Shown: positions 24,855 through 33,968 of the stretch, piece after piece
Layout of the letters: every line of letters begins with the position of its first letter
Position numbering within the stretch: position 1 is the stretch's first letter
From: a virus
Reading direction: 5' to 3' (one strand)
IMG/VR virus record: IMGVR_UViG_3300049023_000036
Location: 1-57,165 of that record
DNA: 57,165 nucleotides
Translations under genes and position numbers: made by a program
The notes under the pieces: generated by a model
Told to the model about the DNA's origin: nothing
Database searches by the model: none
What the model saw: the letters and a program-made list of their open reading frames with translations, nothing else

Positions 24855-26438
24855 CTAAAAAAAGAAATTGGCGGCATTATCACCCTTCTTTGCCTTTGTT
24901 GTAGGTAGATCAGGAACAGGATAGAACGTATTAGCCAAAGCATCCATTTTATCGGGTGATCTTTTTAAGCGCGATTTAATATCCTCCTTTGGTTCGATCT
25001 GAATCTTTCCATCTGATCGGAATTTATACATTACCTCGGTTAATTCCTGCGTTAATTCATCATCCTTTGGCAGCATTGCCTTTGAACCAAGTGCAGGATT
25101 CAACCAATCGCGAACGGCCCAAAATAGATATGCGCGCATGTTCAGGAAAGTATATATTTCAGTCGCATCTTTCAACGGCGTATCACCCTGCTTTGCTCCT
25201 TCAGAATATTTGACTGAATATATTTTATCTGAAAGGTGATCATGTCCGGGTTTTTCACCAAGTTCAATCAGGCGCGAATAAACTCCCGCACCCTCGCCGA
25301 TGGTATCAATAAACGCCTGTCCATAGGTACCATTGAATTCATTGTAATTGGCGCGTAAAACATTGTTGATCTTTCCGGCAACTTCCATATGAATCATCTG
25401 ATTGTTCCCGAAAAATTTAGTGATGTCTGTAACGAAATTATTTTGGCGCGAAACAAAAACGTTCGCATCCCGGCCCATGCCTGCAACATCACATCCCAAT
25501 CGTAATTGACCTTCAGGTTTTAATCCTGCGTTCATCCATTCTTCCCGGCGTTTTTGGGCCAACTCGATCCAATGCAACGGAATTAATTTATCCTCTGATT
25601 CTTTCGGGAACATCCCGCGAACCTTTACCCGGAACAAGTCGTTCGGGCGATATGTAACACCATCAAAAATAAAATCACCTTCACCATCATTGAATTCATG
25701 CGGCGCAATACGTTCGCACCATGTATTGACTTTATCCAATATCCAATGATAATCTACTTGGCCCGGGTAAATGTTTTTACGATGAATAACATTCGGCGCG
25801 GTTAAACTGTCCAATCTGAATTTGTGAAACCTTGGCGATTTGAAAGAATCGGCTGCATACCCGATTGAATTATTCGGGTTGAATACAATCAGTAATCTTG
25901 ATTCACCTTGGAGGTTTCCCTCAATCGCGGAAAATGTATCAACTGCAATACCTGATGCTTCCGTAACAATGAACATCGTATTAACGGCATGAAATCCCGA
26001 CCATGCTTCATGATTGTGTTCATCAGCTTTGAACCCGGTTAAAAACCATTCTTCAGATTCAGTTCTGATTCCATCGGTTAACAACTTGCCATGAAGGAAC
26101 CGGGCGCGCCGGAATATACGGGCAACTTCAGGCATCATGATGTTGGATACTTGTCGGCCCGTTGGTGCAGTCATTGCAACTTTTGTGTTTTCTATCAATT
26201 CGCCGTTCTTCCATTTGGGCGTTAAATAGAAAAAACACAATGCAGCAACGGCGGAAACGAAATCTTTTCCCCTTGCCGTTCCACTTGCTACGGTTGTCAT
26301 TTTATTGACCTGTACTGAATCAAGAATCTGTTCCTGTTCAGGATCAAGATTTACCTGTAATATTTCCCGCGCGAATAATTTCCATCCGCCGGGTTTCCGC
26401 CACCTGATGAACGGATCATGAAATTTATTCCGCTTCAT
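24855..26438 (-). CDS. terL: Terminase large subunit
   Basis: 527 aa. Walker-A-like VASGTARGKDF, LLIVFNPNN, and a nuclease-type acidic motif CDVAGMGRDANVFV. 14-nt overlap with the terS-like gene. Confidence 0.85.
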   Translation of the reverse strand: MKRNKFHDPFIRWRKPGGWKLFAREILQVNLDPEQEQILDSVQVNKMTTVASGTARGKDFVSAVAALCFFYLTPKWKNGELIENTKVAMTAPTGRQVSNIMMPEVARIFRRARFLHGKLLTDGIRTESEEWFLTGFKADEHNHEAWSGFHAVNTMFIVTEASGIAVDTFSAIEGNLQGESRLLIVFNPNNSIGYAADSFKSPRFHKFRLDSLTAPNVIHRKNIYPGQVDYHWILDKVNTWCERIAPHEFNDGEGDFIFDGVTYRPNDLFRVKVRGMFPKESEDKLIPLHWIELAQKRREEWMNAGLKPEGQLRLGCDVAGMGRDANVFVSRQNNFVTDITKFFGNNQMIHMEVAGKINNVLRANYNEFNGTYGQAFIDTIGEGAGVYSRLIELGEKPGHDHLSDKIYSVKYSEGAKQGDTPLKDATEIYTFLNMRAYLFWAVRDWLNPALGSKAMLPKDDELTQELTEVMYKFRSDGKIQIEPKEDIKSRLKRSPDKMDALANTFYPVPDLPTTKAKKGDNAANFFF

Positions 26439-26886
26439 CAGGATTCATTGCGGATGATTGTTTAAGCAAATCAAGGAAAGAGCCCGTTGCATCAATTCCG
26501 ATTTCGGATCGATCTGAAAACGTTTTTGAATCAAGATTTTTAAGGGTAAAAATAACTGATGTCGGGTTTGGCATGATCACCTTTTTAACCCTCTTTTGGC
26601 TTTTTATTTTCGGTTCACCTTTGCCTTGTGAAATATATTCTGTTGTGATTTCTTCATACTCTTTCCCCGATAATAGCAACGCAAGGCCCGAAACCGCCAT
26701 TTCTTTCAACTCATTTAATCGGATGGGATTCACCCGTTCCAATTCGGCTGCAAATTCAGGTTTTGCTTTCCATTTGTAAAACGTATCCCTTGTAATCCCA
26801 ACAGCTTCGCATATTGCCTGAATGCTATATTTCCCGGTTGCGTACAACTCAATAACCTTATCCTTGGATCGCTTTGAATATTTCAT
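26425..26886 (-). CDS. terS: Terminase small subunit (HTH-containing)
   Basis: 153 aa with an N-terminal HTH (SIQAICEAVGITRDTFYKWK), directly upstream of and overlapping terL. Confidence 0.65.
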   Translation of the reverse strand: MKYSKRSKDKVIELYATGKYSIQAICEAVGITRDTFYKWKAKPEFAAELERVNPIRLNELKEMAVSGLALLLSGKEYEEITTEYISQGKGEPKIKSQKRVKKVIMPNPTSVIFTLKNLDSKTFSDRSEIGIDATGSFLDLLKQSSAMNPDEAE

Positions 26887-26989
26887 TTGGTTTCGTTTTT
26901 CCCTTGATCATCCCTTGCGCTTTTTAAATCTGTATTAATCGCAAGTATTCAAGTTAAATTATTATTGATATTCAGCAAGTTATGCTTTT

Positions 26990-27559
26990 TTACTTTTCCC
27001 TTACTGTTCTAAGGAAGGGTTTATCATTGATAATTTTCATTGTGAATCCTTCAGGTTTCAGTTTATTGAACCAATGTTCTGCATCGGATTCGGATTCAAA
27101 TTCTATGTTCAGGAACCATTTTGTTCCGCGATCTTTTGCCTTTGATGATTCCGGTTCCGGTTCTTCAGGTTCAAACGATGGAACATCCGCACCCCATTCA
27201 TCAAGTTTAAAATGATCCCATTCGTTGGCAAGTTCTTCAGTATCCCATTCCCCGTAATTCAGATTGTCTTTAATCAGGAATTCTTTCTTTTCATCTTCAG
27301 TTAGATCGAACCGTTGGGATACACAATCCGGTTCAACTTCAGTTATGCCGATATGCTTCAATGCTGCGAACCTCATATTTCCGCCAAGGATCACCCGGTT
27401 TTCATCAATGATGATCGGGCGCATGGATAGCATTTTTGGGAATTCTTCGATTGACTTGACCAATTTTTTGAACTTGGAATCTTTGATGATCCTTGGATTT
27501 TTCGGATTCGGAATCAAGGTATCAAGTTGAATCTTTTCCGGTTGTTTTGATTTTGCCAT
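26990..27559 (-). CDS. ParB-like nuclease domain protein
   Basis: 189 aa. LIPNPKNPRII and ILGGNMRFAALK match the ParB/Srx N-terminal domain. Acidic C-terminal half. Confidence 0.75.
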   Translation of the reverse strand: MAKSKQPEKIQLDTLIPNPKNPRIIKDSKFKKLVKSIEEFPKMLSMRPIIIDENRVILGGNMRFAALKHIGITEVEPDCVSQRFDLTEDEKKEFLIKDNLNYGEWDTEELANEWDHFKLDEWGADVPSFEPEEPEPESSKAKDRGTKWFLNIEFESESDAEHWFNKLKPEGFTMKIINDKPFLRTVREK

Positions 27560-27563
27560 GATT

Positions 27564-28022
27564 TTATCGATTGATTGGTTTATGGATGTGCATCAAATAA
27601 TTCTCAACATGGCCGCGAAAGTCGGCATAAGTCCGTTCCATGACAATCACCTTTTTGACATCCTGCGAAAGTAAAGGGATCAGGCGGTTTGTGCATTTTG
27701 ATATTTCCTGAAGTAATCCAATTGGAAGGTTCCCGGATTTTTTGAGATAAAACAGTTCCGGCATGTATATGTGTAACATCGATGCAAGGAATATCCTGAT
27801 ATATTCATTCCGGGCGCGGCGTTCTTCGCTTGATGGATGGATGATGAAACCCTTTGTAAGATCAAAGAATAAACAGAATGTTTCAAATTGTTGAGCAATA
27901 TCGGTGAACTGATGTTCCCGGTTGTTGTTGATCCTTTTTACTGATTGGACTAATTGCCGGGCAACTTTTGGATCATGCGAATAAACAATTTTGCCTAACA
28001 ATTTCAAGTCTTTTGCATTCAA
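27564..28022 (-). CDS. Hypothetical protein (TTG start)
   Basis: 152-aa ORF whose only in-frame start near the 5' end is a TTG at 28020-28022. First gene after the divergent intergenic region. Confidence 0.45.
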   Translation of the reverse strand: MNAKDLKLLGKIVYSHDPKVARQLVQSVKRINNNREHQFTDIAQQFETFCLFFDLTKGFIIHPSSEERRARNEYIRIFLASMLHIYMPELFYLKKSGNLPIGLLQEISKCTNRLIPLLSQDVKKVIVMERTYADFRGHVENYLMHIHKPINR

Positions 28023-28104
28023 GGGTTTTGATTTTAGTTGTATAAAGTTAGAAATTTACTACATTGGCACGAATATTTGTTTTTTAAACATTAAACACTA
28101 CATC

Positions 28105-28485
28105 ATGAAACGAATCATCGGAATGTTCTTTATGGCATTCGCCCTATTTTGTTTTGGGTTGGGATTCGCATCAGTTCATGATCAGGAACAGAAAATTTTG
28201 GCGGCTAATGACAAGGAACATGTTTCGGTTGATCCCGGAACTGAAGTTGTTATTCCCGTATATGATCTGCAATCCGATCTGAATGATGTTTTCCCGGCTG
28301 AACAGAATCTTCAGCGAACGTTATACAATCGCTATGCAATTGACAAGCAATCGCCAACAGGAAGTGAATCATTCACATTAAAAGAATTTACTCCCGATTA
28401 TTGGCGGGCTGATTATTTGACATTTACTGAAGATTTCACCGATCAAATTTCTTACCGGGATGAACAGCCCGATTTGCTTGAATAG
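28105..28485 (+). CDS. Secreted protein (the only plus-strand gene)
   Basis: ATG at 28105 gives MKRIIGMFFMAFALFCFGLGFASVHDQ..., a signal-peptide-like N-terminus with no lipobox. The mature part is acidic. Followed by a bidirectional terminator. Confidence 0.6.
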   Translation: MKRIIGMFFMAFALFCFGLGFASVHDQEQKILAANDKEHVSVDPGTEVVIPVYDLQSDLNDVFPAEQNLQRTLYNRYAIDKQSPTGSESFTLKEFTPDYWRADYLTFTEDFTDQISYRDEQPDLLE

Positions 28486-28513
28486 TGATTGAATGGGTTG
28501 TTGATGGTTACAT

Positions 28514-28546
28514 AAAAAAACGCGCCGATCAACAGCGCGTTTTTTT
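28514..28546. terminator. Bidirectional intrinsic terminator between convergent genes
   Basis: AAAAAAA-CGCGC-cgatcaaca-GCGCG-TTTTTTT. Confidence 0.75.
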
Positions 28547-28564
28547 ATGTAGGTATTTACTGGG

Positions 28565-30592
28565 TTAGAAATCGAATTCCTTTATCTCTGCTGAAAGATC
28601 AATGATCGATTTGAATTGTTCCCTTACTTGGCTTGAATGCCTGTAATCCCGCAAAAGATCGCAAATCATATTATGAACCCTTGTTGATTTTATTGAATTG
28701 CTTTTGAATTTTTCCTTCAAACTTGCATGTTCGCCAAGTAAGCTGTTCAATTCGGTTCTGAATATTTCCTTTTTTTCTATAATCTTCTTGCGGCTCCTTT
28801 CAAGGTTTTCAATCACTTTTCCCCGGTGATCAACCCTACCTTTTAGCTTTTTAATTGCCTGATCCTTGAATTCCAATTGTCCTTTTAATATTTCTATAAC
28901 CTGAAAGGGATCGTTTTTTTTATTTGCGGAATGTTTATCCAATATCCCGGTTTGTAACAATTGATAGGCATCTGATAAAATTGTCAGGTTGTTTTTCTGA
29001 TTTTCAAACCTCTTTTCAAGTTCTTCAAACTTATGTTTCCACATCCTTGCATCAAGGTGTTCATCTGATCCATCGTTTCGCAACTGAATAATTTCATCCT
29101 TCATTTTGGAAATAATCACCATCAAATCATTAACCTTTTTCCCAAGGTGTGTTTTTTGATTTTTCAACCTGTTGATTGTTGAATCCTTTAAAATCAAATA
29201 ACCGTTTTGCCTTTCAATTTCTTCCTTTAGTGTTCTAATCTCATTACAGGAAAATGTAAAAAAATCAGGATCGTTTATTTTGCCAATATCTTTTGAACCC
29301 AATTGATTCATCAGCTTGGCGATCATCTTTCCGGCGCGCTTTGCCTTCTGCTGATAATGCTTGATCCTTTTATCTTCTATTAACTGATGGCTTTCAATCT
29401 GCATTTTCAGTTTATTGTTTTCATTCTGAAGTTGCGAAATCTTCAGGTTGAATTCTTCCTGTTCCTTCCTGATGATTCGATCTTGTTCATGAACTAATTC
29501 ACTTTGCGTTTGAAAATTGGTTTCCATTACTGCAATCTTTGTATCCTTTTTAGAATTCCAATATTTGCAATTGTCCAAATCTCTTTTCAGTTTTTCATTT
29601 TCTTCTTCCAATTCCTTCAGGCGATTGAATGTATTAACAGAACCCGTTGTTTCATCATTTTCAATATCAAACCCGGATTTTTCAATATTAAAATCGGTAA
29701 TAACTTTTAATTCATTTGAAATATCAGGCGCGGGCGTTGGTGTAGGATTCGGAACCATTGAAAAATACTTTGTTTCAATTCCTGATAATTCAATTTTCTG
29801 ATTCTGTTTAAATCCCGGATCGATGCAAGGCGGATTTTCCATTTTATACCGATCAAATTCTTTTTGAAGTATTTGTAATTCTGATTCAATCCTTGATCTT
29901 TCCTGAAGATTTTTTTCCGACTGATTCCGGCATGATCTCAATTCATCTTTCAATTTTTGATTTTCTTCAAAATAACCATCACATGTAATTTTAATTTTTT
30001 CGAGATTTTCGGCCCTAATTCTTATCGCATTACGCAAGGATTGGTTATCTGCTTCAAGTCTTGATTTTTCTCTCAAGTAATTATCGGCCCGATTTCGCCA
30101 ACATTCCATTTCATTATTCAGTTCAATAATCTGTTTGGACATACTATCCATTGCTTTTGATTGAACTTTTATTTCTTCATCCTTGCGTTCAATATCATGT
30201 TTCATCATTCCTATTTTTCCATCCTTGGAATTTAATCGCTTAGTTAATTCATCATGATTTTCATCAATGTGCATTGTTTTAAAAACAGGAACTTTTGATT
30301 CGGATACAAGAATAAAATCGCGACTTGTTTTGATTATCTGAATATTATCACCCTGAAATTCAGTATAGATTCCCGAAACAGTTGTTGATCCGAATAAATA
30401 AAAATCAACAGATTCCGGTTTGTTTACATCCTTATAGCTGTAATATATTGAAACATTCATTTCATTTTTTATATTATCGAATGAATCAAATCTGCATGAA
30501 TGAATAACCGTTCCCGATGGGAAAAAAATGGATGTAGGTTTTTTAGAATCGTCTTTAACCTTGAAATAAATCTTTTTTAAAATAACTTTCAT
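28565..30592 (-). CDS. Large coiled-coil protein with an N-terminal beta-rich domain, function unknown
   Basis: 675 aa. Residues about 1-110 look beta-rich, followed by hundreds of heptad-like K/E/L/N residues split by a PNPTPTPAPD linker. Confidence 0.7.
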   Translation of the reverse strand: MKVILKKIYFKVKDDSKKPTSIFFPSGTVIHSCRFDSFDNIKNEMNVSIYYSYKDVNKPESVDFYLFGSTTVSGIYTEFQGDNIQIIKTSRDFILVSESKVPVFKTMHIDENHDELTKRLNSKDGKIGMMKHDIERKDEEIKVQSKAMDSMSKQIIELNNEMECWRNRADNYLREKSRLEADNQSLRNAIRIRAENLEKIKITCDGYFEENQKLKDELRSCRNQSEKNLQERSRIESELQILQKEFDRYKMENPPCIDPGFKQNQKIELSGIETKYFSMVPNPTPTPAPDISNELKVITDFNIEKSGFDIENDETTGSVNTFNRLKELEEENEKLKRDLDNCKYWNSKKDTKIAVMETNFQTQSELVHEQDRIIRKEQEEFNLKISQLQNENNKLKMQIESHQLIEDKRIKHYQQKAKRAGKMIAKLMNQLGSKDIGKINDPDFFTFSCNEIRTLKEEIERQNGYLILKDSTINRLKNQKTHLGKKVNDLMVIISKMKDEIIQLRNDGSDEHLDARMWKHKFEELEKRFENQKNNLTILSDAYQLLQTGILDKHSANKKNDPFQVIEILKGQLEFKDQAIKKLKGRVDHRGKVIENLERSRKKIIEKKEIFRTELNSLLGEHASLKEKFKSNSIKSTRVHNMICDLLRDYRHSSQVREQFKSIIDLSAEIKEFDF

Positions 30593-30617
30593 GATCTTGA
30601 TTTTTTAAAGTGATTGT

Positions 30618-31082
30618 TTATTTGTTTCTATTGGTAACGCATTGATACGCGTTGTTTAATTCCTTGATCAATGATTTGTAGTTCATCGCTGTCAATCGAA
30701 TAACGATCCATCCCATTGATTGAGCTAAATTATATTTGTCTGTATCCTTGGTATATCCTCCCGGCGTTGTATGTCCTGATTTATCAGAAAACAAACCTTC
30801 ATATTCAACGGCGATCATTAGCGATGGTATAGCATGATCAAACCTGAACTTCCTTTCCGGGTGAAATTTATATTCATCCTCTGATACAACCGCATGTTCA
30901 TTACACCAATAAAGTAAATTCCATGCAATGAAATCTTTTTCTTTTGATGCGCGCGGAAAATGTTTTGCAACTTTCTTTCCGCCTGTTTTTGGTGATGGGT
31001 TTTCAAATTTGTGTTTATTCTGTTCCCAAACCTTCGACTGTTTCAACTGTTGCAATGGAATTGAATTGTTTCGTTTGTTCAT
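30618..31082 (-). CDS. PD-(D/E)XK nuclease-like protein (Vsr/DUF559-like, tentative)
   Basis: 154 aa. FRFDHAIPSLMIAVEYEG...GWIVIRL resembles the D...E-x-E/K core and C-terminal GW-x-V-x-R of Vsr-like endonuclease domains. Confidence 0.45.
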   Translation of the reverse strand: MNKRNNSIPLQQLKQSKVWEQNKHKFENPSPKTGGKKVAKHFPRASKEKDFIAWNLLYWCNEHAVVSEDEYKFHPERKFRFDHAIPSLMIAVEYEGLFSDKSGHTTPGGYTKDTDKYNLAQSMGWIVIRLTAMNYKSLIKELNNAYQCVTNRNK

Positions 31083-31303
31083 ATTGATTTTCTTTTTGGA
31101 ATATTATTTTCATCAACGATTTCCCAACCTTCCTGCCATGAATGTGAATTTCTGACTTGCCAAAAATAATTTGCCATTTCTCTGCCATCTTCATCAATCA
31201 ATGAATAGTCCGGCCCTTGCTGAATGTACTCATGCGGTAAAAAAAACCGATGTCTAACTTTGAAACCGTTCTTGATTGCATTCTTTGCTTCCTGTATTGT
31301 CAT
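31079..31303 (-). CDS. Hypothetical protein
   Basis: 74-aa ORF with a 4-nt overlap with the downstream gene. Confidence 0.45.
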   Translation of the reverse strand: MTIQEAKNAIKNGFKVRHRFFLPHEYIQQGPDYSLIDEDGREMANYFWQVRNSHSWQEGWEIVDENNIPKRKSI

Positions 31304-31327
31304 AATCTTGATTTTTGATTATTTTTT

Positions 31328-32833
31328 TTAAAATGGCGGATCATCATCATCGTTGATACTTTTAGGCGCGGAATAATCAACAAGGTTTCCAATAGGTTTA
31401 AGATTCGATGCGAATGATCCTGTTTCTTCTGATTCCTTGAATCGTTGAATAGGCGAATCAAAATCAAATAATTTTTTCAACAGAACGCCGTTCCGATGTT
31501 TCGCAATCTTCACATATTTTTTCCGGGCTAATCTTGAATCCTTATTGATTTCATCATCTGAAGGATTGTAAAGGAACATGATCAAATCCGCATCCTGTTC
31601 AATTGCACCTGATTCGCGCAAATCTGAAAGTTGAGGTTCTGATTTCTGTCTTTTTTCAATGTCGCGACCTAATTGTGATAATGCGATTATAGGAATCTGC
31701 AATTCCCTTGCAAGGTTTTTTAATCCGCGCGATATTTTAGAAATTTCCTGTTCCCGGTTTGATCGTTCATCGCCTGACATCAATTGTAGGTAATCGATCA
31801 CGATCATTCCAAGATTCTTTTTCCTTTTCAGTCGGCGCGCTTTTGCCCTAACCGATGATATTGTTGCCTGATTCCCATCTTCAAAAAATATATTCCCTTT
31901 GCCGGATGTTAATTCCGATGCTGATTTTTCTATGAATGCAAATTCTTCAGGTGAAAACTTTCCTGTTTGTATTTTGGATAACCAAACTTCGGATTGTTCT
32001 GACAGCATTCGCATGACCAATTGAATCGCATCCATTTCAAGCGACCAAAATGCAACGTTGGTCCCTGCCTTGATTGCATTCTTCACGATATTCAACAAAA
32101 ATGCCGTTTTACCTACTGATGGACGTGCAGCAAGAATAATAAGATCGCCGGGTTGCCATCCTCTTGTTGCTACATCGATTTCATGAAATCCACATGGAAC
32201 ACCTGTGATTGTTTTCTTTTCAATTCCAAGCTGATGAATTTTCTTTACTGCATCAACAACCAAATCAGTTAAGGTTTGAAATTTACTATCATGAACAGAA
32301 TAACCAACTTCCATTATTTCGCGTTCTGCATATTCCAATAAATCGAATTCATCAACCTGTTCATCATATGTCATTGCCTTGATCAAGTCGCATGTTCTGT
32401 TCAACTTGCGGCGCAAATATTTCTGTTGAACAATCATTGCATGTTGCGCAACATTCGCACCTGAAACAACATTGTTTGTTTTTTGTGCAATAGTGAACGG
32501 CCCGCCAATTGATTCAAGATCACCGCATGTTTTTAATTCTTCAATAACCGTTAGCATGTCAACGGGCTGTGATCGCGCTGACAATTTTTTACAGGCTGCG
32601 AAAATCTTTCGGTTCGATTCATTGTAAAATGATTCTTCAGTAATGATCGATTCCACTTCATCAATCGCGGTTGGCTCCAACATGATTGCACCAAGAACCG
32701 CGTTTTCCAAATCAACAGCTTGCGGCGGAACATATCCTGCGTAATCCGACCTTGGATCATTTACTAAGTTCTGCAAGTATGTTTCTACCTTCATCTTCCC
32801 GGATCGTGGTGATTGTTTCCTTTGGTTGCTCAT
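31328..32833 (-). CDS. dnaB: Replicative DNA helicase (DnaB family) with an acidic C-terminal extension
   Basis: PPQAVDLENAVLGAIMLEP, Walker A ARPSVGKTAF, Walker B MIVIDYLQLM, SQLGRDIEKR. A tail of about 40 aa ends in INDDDDPPF. Confidence 0.9.
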   Translation of the reverse strand: MSNQRKQSPRSGKMKVETYLQNLVNDPRSDYAGYVPPQAVDLENAVLGAIMLEPTAIDEVESIITEESFYNESNRKIFAACKKLSARSQPVDMLTVIEELKTCGDLESIGGPFTIAQKTNNVVSGANVAQHAMIVQQKYLRRKLNRTCDLIKAMTYDEQVDEFDLLEYAEREIMEVGYSVHDSKFQTLTDLVVDAVKKIHQLGIEKKTITGVPCGFHEIDVATRGWQPGDLIILAARPSVGKTAFLLNIVKNAIKAGTNVAFWSLEMDAIQLVMRMLSEQSEVWLSKIQTGKFSPEEFAFIEKSASELTSGKGNIFFEDGNQATISSVRAKARRLKRKKNLGMIVIDYLQLMSGDERSNREQEISKISRGLKNLARELQIPIIALSQLGRDIEKRQKSEPQLSDLRESGAIEQDADLIMFLYNPSDDEINKDSRLARKKYVKIAKHRNGVLLKKLFDFDSPIQRFKESEETGSFASNLKPIGNLVDYSAPKSINDDDDPPF

Positions 32834-33746
32834 TCTGATTGTTTGATGGTTGCTTTTCGATATAATTTCCCTCGATCACTTTCACATAGTTGGTTTCTGA
32901 TGATATAATCCAATCGAAAGTGAAGAACGATTTTTCCAACAGGAATTTTGATTTTGATGCTTGCTTCAGGATTTTACAGAAATCAAAATCTTTATCCCTT
33001 AATCTTGCCGAAAGATGTTTTTTCCTGATAGATGTGATTTTCATCATTTTCGGCAATGTGTACATTGTTGCGAATAAGTTCCAATAATCCTGATAAGGTT
33101 CAATTTCTGAAGGTCTGTAATCTTCTATGAATTTTTTAATTGAAACTGCATTCCGTTCAACTTTGCTATAATCATAAATTTTTACAGATTTCGCGGGATG
33201 CGATTTTTTAAAATCGCGGTTCATGGTTTCGGTTTCGTTTATGGTTTCGGTTTCTGTTTCAAGGGAGCAATTGACAAGCGACTGCATGTCGTTTGTATTA
33301 CATCCGCTTGTCAATTTTGGTAATAAATTGAATTCTAAGTTGTTAGAATCAATTTCGGGTAATAATTGCAGCAAAGTTGGCTTTTGCCTGTCAATTGCAT
33401 TACCGATGCTAATCAATCGCTTTCCTTTTTCCGGTGCGGGATGTTTTTCAAACTTTTGGCGAAGAATCTGATTAAAATCCTGTATCTGAATGAAAATCTT
33501 CCCTTGTACCTCGTAGGCGATTAGGATGCCCAAATTTAGCAGTTCTTGCATCCATCCGCACACTTCCATTGATGAAACAGTTTCACGCAAAGGAAACACG
33601 CTATTTTTCACGAATACGGGGTTTCCGTTCATTCTGCCATAATCATCCACTTTCATAATTAACCGGGTGAACAGAATTTCCGCGCCGGGTGATAATTGTT
33701 CCATGCGCGCCGATGCCGTCCAATCCCTTAATATTCGGTTTGGCAT
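32757..33746 (-). CDS. Replication initiator / replisome-organiser-like protein (tentative)
   Basis: 329 aa, directly upstream of and overlapping dnaB. Two-domain look with an ETETETINETET linker that coincides with DNA repeats. Position-based call. Confidence 0.4.
   Translation of the reverse strand: MPNRILRDWTASARMEQLSPGAEILFTRLIMKVDDYGRMNGNPVFVKNSVFPLRETVSSMEVCGWMQELLNLGILIAYEVQGKIFIQIQDFNQILRQKFEKHPAPEKGKRLISIGNAIDRQKPTLLQLLPEIDSNNLEFNLLPKLTSGCNTNDMQSLVNCSLETETETINETETMNRDFKKSHPAKSVKIYDYSKVERNAVSIKKFIEDYRPSEIEPYQDYWNLFATMYTLPKMMKITSIRKKHLSARLRDKDFDFCKILKQASKSKFLLEKSFFTFDWIISSETNYVKVIEGNYIEKQPSNNQNEQPKETITTIREDEGRNILAELSK
33223..33254. repeat. Iteron-like direct repeats (14 bp x2, GAAAC units) inside the initiator-like gene
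   Basis: atggtttcggtttc at 33223-33236 and 33241-33254. The minus strand reads GAAAC five times in about 40 nt. An adjacent 8-bp inverted repeat gcgatttt/aaaatcgc lies at 33200-33217. Confidence 0.4.
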
Positions 33747-33749
33747 AAT

Positions 33750-33968
33750 CTAAAAAATTGATTGTTGATTTTGATTGTTTTCAGAATTGCGGGATGAACT
33801 TATACCTTTTTTCTCAAAAGTTTGAATAATAATATCAACCCGGCGTTCCGATTCGATCGCGCGCCGTTTGGAAACTTCATTCTTTGATCGGAAAAATTCC
33901 TTCTGATGTTGGCGCATTTCCTTTACTGTTGATAGGAAATTTTCCAATTCCTGTTGTGTGATATTCAT
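33750..33968 (-). CDS. Hypothetical protein
   Basis: 72-aa helical-looking, charged ORF whose 5' end overlaps the upstream ORF by 92 nt. Confidence 0.4.
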   Translation of the reverse strand: MNITQQELENFLSTVKEMRQHQKEFFRSKNEVSKRRAIESERRVDIIIQTFEKKGISSSRNSENNQNQQSIF

